A DNA stretch of 64,000 nucleotides, from assembly GCA_000385055.1 (NCBI GenBank), contig ARRL01000004.1, positions 30,004 to 94,003 of the forward strand. The letters are read 5' to 3'. This stretch comes from a gamma proteobacterium SCGC AAA168-P09. Its GTDB lineage: Bacteria > Pseudomonadota > Gammaproteobacteria > Magnimaribacterales > D2472. The notes below the pieces were generated by a model, which saw only the letters and a list, made by a program, of their open reading frames with translations, searched no databases and was not told the origin of the DNA. A program made the position numbers and the translations under genes. Below are positions 52,501 to 61,457 of the stretch, piece by piece (position 1 is the stretch's first letter; every line of letters begins with the position of its first letter).

Positions 52501-55488
52501 ATGCAGCTAAATCATATAAAACTATCAGGTTTTAAAAGTTTCGTAGATCCAACGAAGATATCTTTTCCGACAAATTTAGTGGGTGTGGTGGGGCCTAACG
52601 GTTGCGGCAAGTCTAATGTTATTGATGCTGTTAGATGGGTTCTTGGAGAACTATCTGCAAAAAATCTTCGTGGCGAATCTATGGTCGACGTTATTTTTAA
52701 TGGATCTGAAAATAGAAAACCATCTGGGCAATGCAGTATCGAGCTATTATTTGATAACTCAAGTGGAAAAATTGGTGGCGAATACGCTTCATTCAATGAA
52801 ATTTCGATTAAAAGAGTTATGACTAGAGATGCTCAATCCACCTATTTTATTAACAGCACAAAATGTAGAAGAAAAGATGTTCAAGACATATTTTTAGGAA
52901 CGGGACTAGGCCCAAGCTCATATGCAATTATTGAACAAGGCATGGTTAGTAAATTAGTAAGCGCCAAGCCTGAAGAGTTAAGAACCCATATTGAAGAGGC
53001 TGCTGGAGTTTCAAAGTATAGAGAAAGAAGAAGAGAAACTGAGAGCAGAATCAAAAAAACTAAAGAAAATTTATCTAGAGTTAAAGATATTAAAGATGAG
53101 ATTGAGAGGTTAATTAGAAGGCTCGAAAATCAAGCAAATGCTGCAGAAAAATATAATCAATTTAAAAAAGATGAAAGTCAGAAGCAAACTGATATTGCAA
53201 TACTATACTCACTTGAGGCTAAAAATAATCGAGATAAACTTCAAAAAAATCTTGATGCGTTAAATAGAGATTTAAAAATCAAGCAGGCTGAGTCAGATTC
53301 AAAACAAGCTCAAATTGATGAACATAGAACACAAAATGCTTCTGTTGTAGATGCATATGAAAATGCTCAAAAAAACTTCTATTCGATAGGTGCTGAAATA
53401 GCTAAATATGAATCGGACCTTCAAAATGTTAGCAAATTAGAAATTTCTAATACAGATGCTCTCGAAAGAGCAAAAACAAGCTATCAAGATGCTGTTGAAA
53501 AAGAATCAAGCTTTAAGGATTTAAGCCCTAAAGAAAAAGAATTAAAGCTAGATATCGCTATTGTGAAAGCTCTTGACGCTCTTAAGCAAAAAAGCATTAT
53601 TGATGTCTTAGTAGATCCCTTAGAAGAAAAAATTGCTCAAAAACAACATGAACTCGACTCAAAACAAAATATTGTAGATGCAGTTAAAGCAGACCAGACT
53701 GAGATTACTGAAGAAATTAAAATTCTTCAACAACAAAAATATTCTATTGAGGCTGATATTGCAAGACTTGAAGGGGCACTTCAGAACCTCAATAAGATAG
53801 AAGAGAACGCAAGATTAGATTTTGAGAAAGCAAGCAGTAATTATTCTGATGCATTGCAAAAAGAGGCTAATAACGAACACTTAACTCCAAAAGAAAAAGC
53901 TATTCATTTACTTGATTCTATTACCGAACTATTAAAAGCATTTGGCTCCAAAGCAGATTCATTAAACTCCAAGGTTCATGAATTAAAAGCACTGCTAATA
54001 AATATTCTTAAAATTGCATCAGATCAATCTAAAAATTATACAGCTGATTTTTTGAATAGAAAGAATCAGCTAGAAGACCTTATCAAAACAACATCTGAAG
54101 ATGCATTGTCTAAAAATAAAGAATTATCTGAGTTAAAAGAAAAGAATATAAAAATTAAAAATGAATTGGACTCTAGGTTGGAAAACCAGTTTAATGTTGA
54201 TGAAAAAATTCGAGACTTAGATAGCAGCAAATCATTAGTATCGAATGAGCTGCGAAGTTTAGAAAAGAATATTTCTGATTACAGGCTTGAGTTAAGAACG
54301 CACGAGATTAATCTAGATAATGCTTCCATGGTATTGGATAAAGCTGGTATAAGTTTATCTGAACTAGATTCATCTAAGTATGCAGGAGCAGATCTTGCAA
54401 GCCTAGAGAACTCACTAGATGAGATTCAAAAAAATATTGCTGAATTAGGGTCATTTAACCTAGCTTCACCGGAGGAATATTTAGAAAGACAAAAAGAGCT
54501 TAATAATATGATTTCAGATGGCAAGGCTAAAAAACTTGAAATTCAAAAAGTTATGTCAGATCTTGTTGAAAAAAGCTCTATTGCTGAATCAAAATTAACT
54601 GACATTAGACAAAAGCAGTCAGAATTTAATAACAGTTTAAGAGAATTAGAAAATCAAAAGTCTATTGCTGATCTAGATTTAAAAGCCATTGGTGAGAAGG
54701 TTACCAACCTTAGACTTGAGCTTAAAACCCATGAAATAAATTTAGATAATGCTAATACTAAAATTGCAGAATCTGGAGTAAATATAGAAAATATTGATTT
54801 TTCAAAGTATGAAAATATGGATATTAATGAGTTGCAGAATAGTCTGACAGACATCCAAGCTAAAATTATTCGTCTTGGAGCAATTAACTTAGCAGCTCCT
54901 GAAGAAATTGCATCCGAATCAAAAAGAAAAGAAGAATTAGATATTCAGTATAATGACTTAACCGAGGCCCTTGAAAAGCTTACTGGAGCTATCAAAACAA
55001 TTGATATAGAAACAAAGACAAGATTTCAAGATAGCTTTGATGCTATTAATAATAGAATGAAAGAGGTATTCTCAAAATTATTTGGTGGTGGTATAGCTGA
55101 GTTAGCTTTGACTGAGGATGATGCATTAAATGCTGGTGTGGTTATTATGGCAAGGCCTCCAGGTAAGAAAAATTCTTCTATTTCACAATTATCTGGTGGT
55201 GAAAAAGCTTTAACTGCTTTAGCACTAGTTTTTGCAATATTTGAACTCAATCCTGCACCATTTTGTATATTAGATGAGGTAGATGCTCCTCTTGATGATC
55301 TAAATACGATGCGTTTTATAAACATGGTTGAAGAGATGTCAAAAACAGTCCAATTTATATTTATAACTCATAACAAAGTATCAATGGAAAAGAGTGATTA
55401 TTTGATGGGTGTAACAATGCAGGAGGCCGGTGTTTCAAGAATGGTATCCGTTGATGTAAATCAAGCATTAGAATTTGCTGAGGCCTAA
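52501..55488 (+). CDS. smc: Chromosome partition protein Smc (atypically short; no recognisable hinge domain)
   Basis: N-terminal head 'IKLSGFKSF...GPNGCGKSNVIDAVRWVLGE'. C-terminal head 'LSGGEKALTALALVFAIF' and 'FCILDEVDAPLDD'. A long coiled coil lies between. Synteny with zipA. Confidence 0.88.
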   Translation: MQLNHIKLSGFKSFVDPTKISFPTNLVGVVGPNGCGKSNVIDAVRWVLGELSAKNLRGESMVDVIFNGSENRKPSGQCSIELLFDNSSGKIGGEYASFNEISIKRVMTRDAQSTYFINSTKCRRKDVQDIFLGTGLGPSSYAIIEQGMVSKLVSAKPEELRTHIEEAAGVSKYRERRRETESRIKKTKENLSRVKDIKDEIERLIRRLENQANAAEKYNQFKKDESQKQTDIAILYSLEAKNNRDKLQKNLDALNRDLKIKQAESDSKQAQIDEHRTQNASVVDAYENAQKNFYSIGAEIAKYESDLQNVSKLEISNTDALERAKTSYQDAVEKESSFKDLSPKEKELKLDIAIVKALDALKQKSIIDVLVDPLEEKIAQKQHELDSKQNIVDAVKADQTEITEEIKILQQQKYSIEADIARLEGALQNLNKIEENARLDFEKASSNYSDALQKEANNEHLTPKEKAIHLLDSITELLKAFGSKADSLNSKVHELKALLINILKIASDQSKNYTADFLNRKNQLEDLIKTTSEDALSKNKELSELKEKNIKIKNELDSRLENQFNVDEKIRDLDSSKSLVSNELRSLEKNISDYRLELRTHEINLDNASMVLDKAGISLSELDSSKYAGADLASLENSLDEIQKNIAELGSFNLASPEEYLERQKELNNMISDGKAKKLEIQKVMSDLVEKSSIAESKLTDIRQKQSEFNNSLRELENQKSIADLDLKAIGEKVTNLRLELKTHEINLDNANTKIAESGVNIENIDFSKYENMDINELQNSLTDIQAKIIRLGAINLAAPEEIASESKRKEELDIQYNDLTEALEKLTGAIKTIDIETKTRFQDSFDAINNRMKEVFSKLFGGGIAELALTEDDALNAGVVIMARPPGKKNSSISQLSGGEKALTALALVFAIFELNPAPFCILDEVDAPLDDLNTMRFINMVEEMSKTVQFIFITHNKVSMEKSDYLMGVTMQEAGVSRMVSVDVNQALEFAEA

Positions 55489-56117
55489 TGGAACAAAATA
55501 TTGATATATATCTGATTGGTTTATCTGTTCTAATTTTCTTAATTATTACATTTCTATTCATAAGAAAAATTTCAAGCTCTGGAGAGCTAAAGGTAAAAAT
55601 TGAACCTGTTACAGATTCTTTTGAGATCAAAGAGATAGATGAAATAGAGATAAAATCACAAAAAGCCTTTGACTTTAATGAGCATGATATTGAATATGAA
55701 GAACAAAAACTTGTTGTCCTTAATTTAATATCTAACGATAAATCTATTTTTGATATCGAGCAAATATATGGGTTTATGAAAAATTCAAATGCTTTTCTTA
55801 CTAACGGTTTTTTTGTAATTAAAGATACAAATAATAAAGAGTCATTTCGTATAGCAAATGCTTTAAATCCTGGCACTTTTGAAAATGAAACAGAAACTTT
55901 TGCCATTCTTTTGGCAGCAGATTTGAACAACGTATCTAATCCATTGAGTTCAGTTAAAGAAATGGTAAATTTTGCTTATCAGTTCTCTGAAAAATTTTAT
56001 GCAAATATATGTGATCAAGAAAGAATGCCTATAACAAAACAAATGATTTCACATATTGAATCCCAAGCACAGGAAATTATGAGATTAAAACAGCTCAGTG
56101 GTTTAGAAAATAAATAA
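55488..56117 (+). CDS. zipA: Cell division protein ZipA (minimal form, 209 aa)
   Basis: N-terminal TM segment 'IYLIGLSVLIFLIITFLFI', a short acidic linker and a C-terminal FtsZ-binding-like domain ('FRIANALNPGTFE...FAILL'). Start overlaps the smc stop (TAATG). Confidence 0.7.
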   Translation: MEQNIDIYLIGLSVLIFLIITFLFIRKISSSGELKVKIEPVTDSFEIKEIDEIEIKSQKAFDFNEHDIEYEEQKLVVLNLISNDKSIFDIEQIYGFMKNSNAFLTNGFFVIKDTNNKESFRIANALNPGTFENETETFAILLAADLNNVSNPLSSVKEMVNFAYQFSEKFYANICDQERMPITKQMISHIESQAQEIMRLKQLSGLENK

Positions 56118-56135
56118 TTATGATTCTTAATTAAA

Positions 56136-57419
56136 ATGAAACCCTGGAAAATAATTCAGAAATTAGAAAGTGACAATAGTAGGTTATTTAAAGAAGGCGT
56201 TATAGAAGATAATCTTCATGATATTGTTTTACAAGAGGGGTTATCAATGTGTTTAGATGCCTTGGTAACATTTGGGGTTAAACAAGTTCCTGAATCTAAT
56301 GATGATGGAAAAGGACTTGATTGGAATAAATTTAATTCATCTGCACAGCTTTTAATAAATAGAGAGAGAACTGGCCATGCTGCTAGAGATGAAATTTTGC
56401 ATTTAATGTCTCTAGCTACTTCAGAGCAATGGAATGATTGGTATAGAAGAATTTTAATTAAGGATCTCAGATGTGGAGTAAGCCAGAAAACAGTCAATAA
56501 TGTTTCAAAAAAAATGGGATTAAAATATAGCGTACCTGTTTTCTCATGCATGTTAGCTCATGATGGCGCCAAGCATCCAAAAAAAATTCAAGGAAGATGT
56601 CTCGTTGAATATAAATATGATGGAGTTAGAGTCATAGCTATTACAAAAAACAATAGCACAACTCTTTATAGCAGGAATGGAAAAATTTTAGGTAATTTTC
56701 CTCATATAGAAGATGCATTAAATAAAAAAGAATTTAATAATTTAGTATTTGATGGAGAAGTGGTCAGTGATGACTTTCAGTCTCTTATGAAGCAGGTACA
56801 TCGAAAAACTAATGCTAAAACTGATGATGCTTATCTAGCTCTATTCGACATAATTCCTTTAGAGGAATTTAATAAAGGTAAAAGTAAGCTCAATAGTCTA
56901 GAAAGAAAAGATTTGCTTGATGATCTATCAAAAAATTTCAACTCTTGTATTAAACCGGTTGAATATGTAATCTTAGATTTTGATACCAAAGATGGCCAAA
57001 AAACATTTTCAGGTATGAATAAGAAAGCCTTAGAAGAGGGTTATGAAGGCTTAATGATTAAACCAATTAACGATATATACGAATCTAAAAGAAGTCACGC
57101 TTGGCTTAAGATAAAACCTTTTATAGAAGTTACTCTAAAGGTCACTCAAATTCAAGAAGGTACTGGCAAGCATGAGGGTAAGCTTGGAGCATTTTCAGTT
57201 GAAGGAGAGGACGATGGTAAGTTTTTCTCTTTGAGTGTTGGAAGTGGTCTCACAGACGACGATAGAGAAAAATTTTGGAGCGCTAGAGATTCTTTAATAG
57301 GCCAATTAATTGAAATCAGAGCCGATGCTATAACTCAAAGTATTGAAGGAGAGCACTTCAGCTTAAGATTCCCTCGTTTTAAAACTTTTAGAGGCTTTGA
57401 ACCAGGCGAAAAAATCTAA
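56136..57419 (+). CDS. ATP-dependent DNA ligase (nucleotidyltransferase KxDG family), not LigA
   Basis: Motif I 'EYKYDGVR' (Lys160, nt 56613-56615), motif III 'FDGEVV', motif IV 'EGLMIKP', motif V 'WLKIKP', and an OB domain with motif VI-like 'LRFPRFKTFRG'. An N-terminal extension of about 140 aa is present. Confidence 0.9.
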   Translation: MKPWKIIQKLESDNSRLFKEGVIEDNLHDIVLQEGLSMCLDALVTFGVKQVPESNDDGKGLDWNKFNSSAQLLINRERTGHAARDEILHLMSLATSEQWNDWYRRILIKDLRCGVSQKTVNNVSKKMGLKYSVPVFSCMLAHDGAKHPKKIQGRCLVEYKYDGVRVIAITKNNSTTLYSRNGKILGNFPHIEDALNKKEFNNLVFDGEVVSDDFQSLMKQVHRKTNAKTDDAYLALFDIIPLEEFNKGKSKLNSLERKDLLDDLSKNFNSCIKPVEYVILDFDTKDGQKTFSGMNKKALEEGYEGLMIKPINDIYESKRSHAWLKIKPFIEVTLKVTQIQEGTGKHEGKLGAFSVEGEDDGKFFSLSVGSGLTDDDREKFWSARDSLIGQLIEIRADAITQSIEGEHFSLRFPRFKTFRGFEPGEKI

Positions 57420-58030
57420 TGAGTATTAAATATTTAAAAGTTTCATTGATATTTTTGTTAGGCTTAACACTTCAATCCTGCATGGCAACACCTCCTAAGA
57501 ATCCTGACAATATCTGTTTAATTTTTGAAGAAAAAAAGAGCTGGTATAAGGCTGTTATGAAGTCTGAAAAAAGATGGAAAATACCACCATATGTATTAAT
57601 GTCTTTTGTATATCAAGAGTCAAGCTTTCAATCAGATGCAAAGCCTGAGAGAACAAAATTACTATGGGTTATTCCATGGAAAAGAAAATCAACTGCAGTT
57701 GGCTACTCACAAGCTCTAAATATGACCTGGAAAGATTATAAAGAAGAAACTGGAAACACTGGTGCAAATAGAAAAGATTTTAAAGATTCAGCAGATTTTA
57801 TAGGTTGGTATGCAAGCAAAGGCTACTATCAAGGTTTTGATAGGCTAGATGCGCGTTCACTTTATCTCGCCTATCATGAGGGATATGGGGGCTTTAAGAA
57901 AAAAACTTATAGAAAAAAACCCTGGTTAATTAAAGTTGCAGATAGAGTCCAAACAAGATCTACGAAATATCAACAGCAATACTGGGGATGTGCAAAAGAG
58001 CTTAAGAAGAAAAGGTTCTTTTTCTTTTAA
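57419..58030 (+). CDS. Lipoprotein with lytic-transglycosylase-like (SLT) motif
   Basis: Lipobox 'TLQSC'. 'FVYQESSFQSDA' (catalytic Glu-Ser context) and 'AVGYSQALNMTW'. Start overlaps the ligase stop (TAATG). Confidence 0.6.
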   Translation: MSIKYLKVSLIFLLGLTLQSCMATPPKNPDNICLIFEEKKSWYKAVMKSEKRWKIPPYVLMSFVYQESSFQSDAKPERTKLLWVIPWKRKSTAVGYSQALNMTWKDYKEETGNTGANRKDFKDSADFIGWYASKGYYQGFDRLDARSLYLAYHEGYGGFKKKTYRKKPWLIKVADRVQTRSTKYQQQYWGCAKELKKKRFFFF

Positions 58031-58031
58031 A

Positions 58032-60899
58032 TTAGATATTTTTTATATCAAAATTAAGTTTAGAAAGCTCTTCAGTAAAGTTCTCACCAGCTATAACGGA
58101 TCTCTTAGAATCATTAAATAAATACTTTTCGGAAACTTTTACAAGATCTTCTAATGTACATTCTTTTACTCTTGATCTAAAAAGCAAGCGCTCTTCTTGT
58201 GTTTTATTATCAAGCTCACTCATAAAATCACTCATTGCTTCACCGTAAGGAGATAATGGCTTATCTATACTTGAGATAACCCCTAGCACACCTTCTTCAA
58301 GCTGATCATTTGATATGTTTTTCAAAGACCAGGCTCTAGAATTTTTAAATTCTTCAAACGTTTCTGTACATTTTGGATCCCTATAAGAGAAAAATTTAAA
58401 TACTTTATTATTTGAATCTTGAGTAGCGCCAGATCCATAAGCACCGCCTTTCTCTCTAATTGCCGAATGAAGAAAGCCATTACGCAATACAGTTCCAAGA
58501 ACAGTTAAAGCAGGAGCATCCTCATGCTTTGAATCAACTGATGGGAAAGCTTCTGCACAAAAACATACTTGCGATCCAGTAACCCAGCCAACTGAGTTAT
58601 TTTGAACATCAACAAAATCTTGATCATTTAAATCAAAAGTTTCTGAATTAAATATAGTATTTAGTTTAAGGTCAGATTGATCTAATGATGAGGCGGTAAA
58701 TGAATAGTTGGGTGTTTTTGATAGCTTATTTTTAATGGAATGCAGCGAATTTAAATATATATCAAATTCATTCTTATCACTTACTAACTTAGATAATTTA
58801 TTTGTATTATGTATAAATCTTAAGCCTGAAGTTAAATCATTAGTTGCTGCAATATCTGTTATTTGAGATGCAGCATTACTCATTGATAGGATATGACCAT
58901 TTTGAATTACAGATTTTTCGTTATCTGCAGATATAAACTCTAGCAACTCTTTAATTCTCTTTGATTCGTTAAAATTTGAATCACTAATTGTTTTTAGCAT
59001 TAAATCCTGCATTAAAAGATCATTTTTTTCTAAGCTCTTGGATGAGAGCTTTAAAGCTAATTTATATGAGTTGCCATCATCATTCGGTAAAGTAATAAAG
59101 GAAGCAGAAATGCCGCCAGTTATTGAAGATTGATATCTTTGAATATCTTCATATGAATCATGACCAAGGCCAATATCTGTTAATGTGCTTGTAAAAAGGT
59201 TTGCAACACTTAACTCATCCTGATTTAAAGCATCGCATGGAAATAACATAGAATGATAAACGATACCGTTTGTACCAGTTTTGTAAAAATAATTAGAATT
59301 TGTATTAGTTTCTGTTATTACTGGAGATGCATAGTTTCTTGAAAGAGGGATGTCGTCTTTTGTTACCTTTGGAAGAATCTCAGGATCATCTTGTGCATTC
59401 TGTCTGGTTTCAAGCTCGTTAGCTAGCCTTACAATATCTTCCTTTTCTTTTTGTGATAAATCCCTAGTTTTTTCAAAGACTTTTTGCTGGATTTTATCTT
59501 CATTTTTTTTATTGAATTCAGTGTCTGGTACAAGAGAGTAATTCAACCTATGCGCATTTAAAATAAGATTTTTTTCTATGAGGTTTTCAATATAATTTTC
59601 TGATTTTAAATTTTTTTTAATAGTATCAAATGCATTGTCTAGGTCTAGAATTTCAAGAGGATTGTCATTATGTATACAAGCTGGTAAACAATTTAACATT
59701 ATTTGAAGCCCAAATGGCATGCCTGAACCTGTTATTTCTCTTTGCCTTATTTCAAGTTGATGTAAAGAGGAGTTTATTAAATCTTTTGGAACCCCATCCT
59801 TAACAAGCGATTCAAGACAGTCAATTATCAATTTTTCGACTTCAATTTGCTTATTTGCATCCACTCCTTCAAGACCAGCCGCAAAAACAAGTTCTTTTTG
59901 ATCTGCCTCAAGTCCTGTAAGGGGAGATGGTGACGTGCCTAATTCTGAACCCTCTAGAGCTTTTCGAAGGGGAGACGCTGAATTATCTAAAAGTATATTA
60001 GACATTAAGTAAGTCTCCAGAAGTTCTACTGGATTATGACTCTCATTTAGAAGCCAGCTAATTACAACATGATGATTATTTTCATCCCCAGGCTGAGGGT
60101 TGTAAAAATCAGATATTGTTTTTGGTGAAGATAGTCTTTTTTCATTTCTCACTGCTACTACTTCATTAGATGGAGAGAAGCTATCTAGTACATTAACTTT
60201 AATAAATTTTTGAATTTCTTTAGGATCTAGTTTACCGAATGTAAAAAAGGTTGCATTAGATGGGTGATAATGCTTTTTATGAAAATTAACTAAATCTTCA
60301 TGAGTAAGATCAATAATATTTTCTGGGTCTCCACCACTATTATGTTTATATGTTGATGAAGAGTACAAATGTTTTGACATACCATGCCACAATTGACTTG
60401 TAATGGAGCTCATTGCTCCCTTCATTTCATTATATACAACACCTTTAATTTCAATCTCACTGTCAGGATTATTTTTCTCCTTGAATTCAAGTCTATGGCC
60501 TTCTTGAGCAAAATCCAAGCTATCAAGATTTGGAAAGAATGATGAATCTAAATATACCCCTAATAAATTATCAAAATCTTTTTTGTTTAGAGTTGCAAAA
60601 GGGTAAGCTGTCCAATCACTTGATGTGAAGGCATTCATAAATGTATTAAGAGATCTTCTTATCATCATAAAAAAGGGATCTCTTACAGGATATTTCTTGG
60701 AACCACAAAGGGCAGTATGCTCAAGAATGTGAGCTACCCCAGTTGAATCTTCTGGAATTGTTCTAAAAGCAACCATAAAAACTTTTTCATCACTATTTGT
60801 ATCTAAGTGGACATGCTTGCAATTAAATTCAGATTCGTTATATATTTGAGCATTAATATCTAATAAAGGAATATACTTTTGTTCTTGAAGGTTAAACAT
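58032..60899 (-). CDS. Peptidase M16 family zinc metalloprotease, PreP/M16C-like (955 aa)
   Basis: Inverted zinc motif 'HILEHTALCGS' near the N-terminus. The four-domain length is typical of presequence-protease-like M16C enzymes. Confidence 0.88.
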   Translation of the reverse strand: MFNLQEQKYIPLLDINAQIYNESEFNCKHVHLDTNSDEKVFMVAFRTIPEDSTGVAHILEHTALCGSKKYPVRDPFFMMIRRSLNTFMNAFTSSDWTAYPFATLNKKDFDNLLGVYLDSSFFPNLDSLDFAQEGHRLEFKEKNNPDSEIEIKGVVYNEMKGAMSSITSQLWHGMSKHLYSSSTYKHNSGGDPENIIDLTHEDLVNFHKKHYHPSNATFFTFGKLDPKEIQKFIKVNVLDSFSPSNEVVAVRNEKRLSSPKTISDFYNPQPGDENNHHVVISWLLNESHNPVELLETYLMSNILLDNSASPLRKALEGSELGTSPSPLTGLEADQKELVFAAGLEGVDANKQIEVEKLIIDCLESLVKDGVPKDLINSSLHQLEIRQREITGSGMPFGLQIMLNCLPACIHNDNPLEILDLDNAFDTIKKNLKSENYIENLIEKNLILNAHRLNYSLVPDTEFNKKNEDKIQQKVFEKTRDLSQKEKEDIVRLANELETRQNAQDDPEILPKVTKDDIPLSRNYASPVITETNTNSNYFYKTGTNGIVYHSMLFPCDALNQDELSVANLFTSTLTDIGLGHDSYEDIQRYQSSITGGISASFITLPNDDGNSYKLALKLSSKSLEKNDLLMQDLMLKTISDSNFNESKRIKELLEFISADNEKSVIQNGHILSMSNAASQITDIAATNDLTSGLRFIHNTNKLSKLVSDKNEFDIYLNSLHSIKNKLSKTPNYSFTASSLDQSDLKLNTIFNSETFDLNDQDFVDVQNNSVGWVTGSQVCFCAEAFPSVDSKHEDAPALTVLGTVLRNGFLHSAIREKGGAYGSGATQDSNNKVFKFFSYRDPKCTETFEEFKNSRAWSLKNISNDQLEEGVLGVISSIDKPLSPYGEAMSDFMSELDNKTQEERLLFRSRVKECTLEDLVKVSEKYLFNDSKRSVIAGENFTEELSKLNFDIKNI

Positions 60900-60931
60900 A
60901 ATAAAATCTATTTAAATTTATAATTAATTCT

Positions 60932-61444
60932 ATGAAAAATATAACAACACTACTTACACTAATACTATTAATCGGTTGTAATAGTATTCAAACTAACATT
61001 GAAGTTGATTCAGTTGATACTTTCAACTTAGACAATTATAACGACTTTTATATAAAGATAAATGAATCTAATGTTAGTGCTGAAATAAATCCTATTGAAT
61101 TAGAAAGATTTAAAGATAATCTTAAGTATGCACTTCAAGAAAGAGGTCTTACTTATTCAGCTGATTCAAACCTTACATTTGATATCAACCTAACTACCAA
61201 AGATAAAATTCAATCAGATAGAATGAATCATTATTATTCTAGATATTACTGGGATAGATATATGTACCGTGATGACATTAGAACTATTACAGAGAATATT
61301 CTTAGAGTTAATCTTAAGGATAACTCTTCAGACTCAACCCTTTGGACTGTCGTGACTATATGGAGGTCAGGTTCTTCAAAAGCAGCGACATCAGATGATG
61401 GATCTGATCTAATTGTAGATGAAATAATGCTTAGTTTTTTATAA
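60932..61444 (+). CDS. Small lipoprotein (DUF4136-like)
   Basis: Lipobox 'LLIGC'. 170 aa. The pattern 'LRVNLKDNSSDSTLWTVVT' resembles that lipoprotein family. Confidence 0.5.
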   Translation: MKNITTLLTLILLIGCNSIQTNIEVDSVDTFNLDNYNDFYIKINESNVSAEINPIELERFKDNLKYALQERGLTYSADSNLTFDINLTTKDKIQSDRMNHYYSRYYWDRYMYRDDIRTITENILRVNLKDNSSDSTLWTVVTIWRSGSSKAATSDDGSDLIVDEIMLSFL

Positions 61445-61457
61445 AAAATAAAAATTT

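Noticed and set aside
55361-55930. 189-aa minus-strand ORF spanning the smc/zipA junction.
   Set aside because: It is antisense to two well-supported, translationally coupled genes. Its composition is low-complexity (S/I/F/K-rich). It is most likely a shadow ORF.
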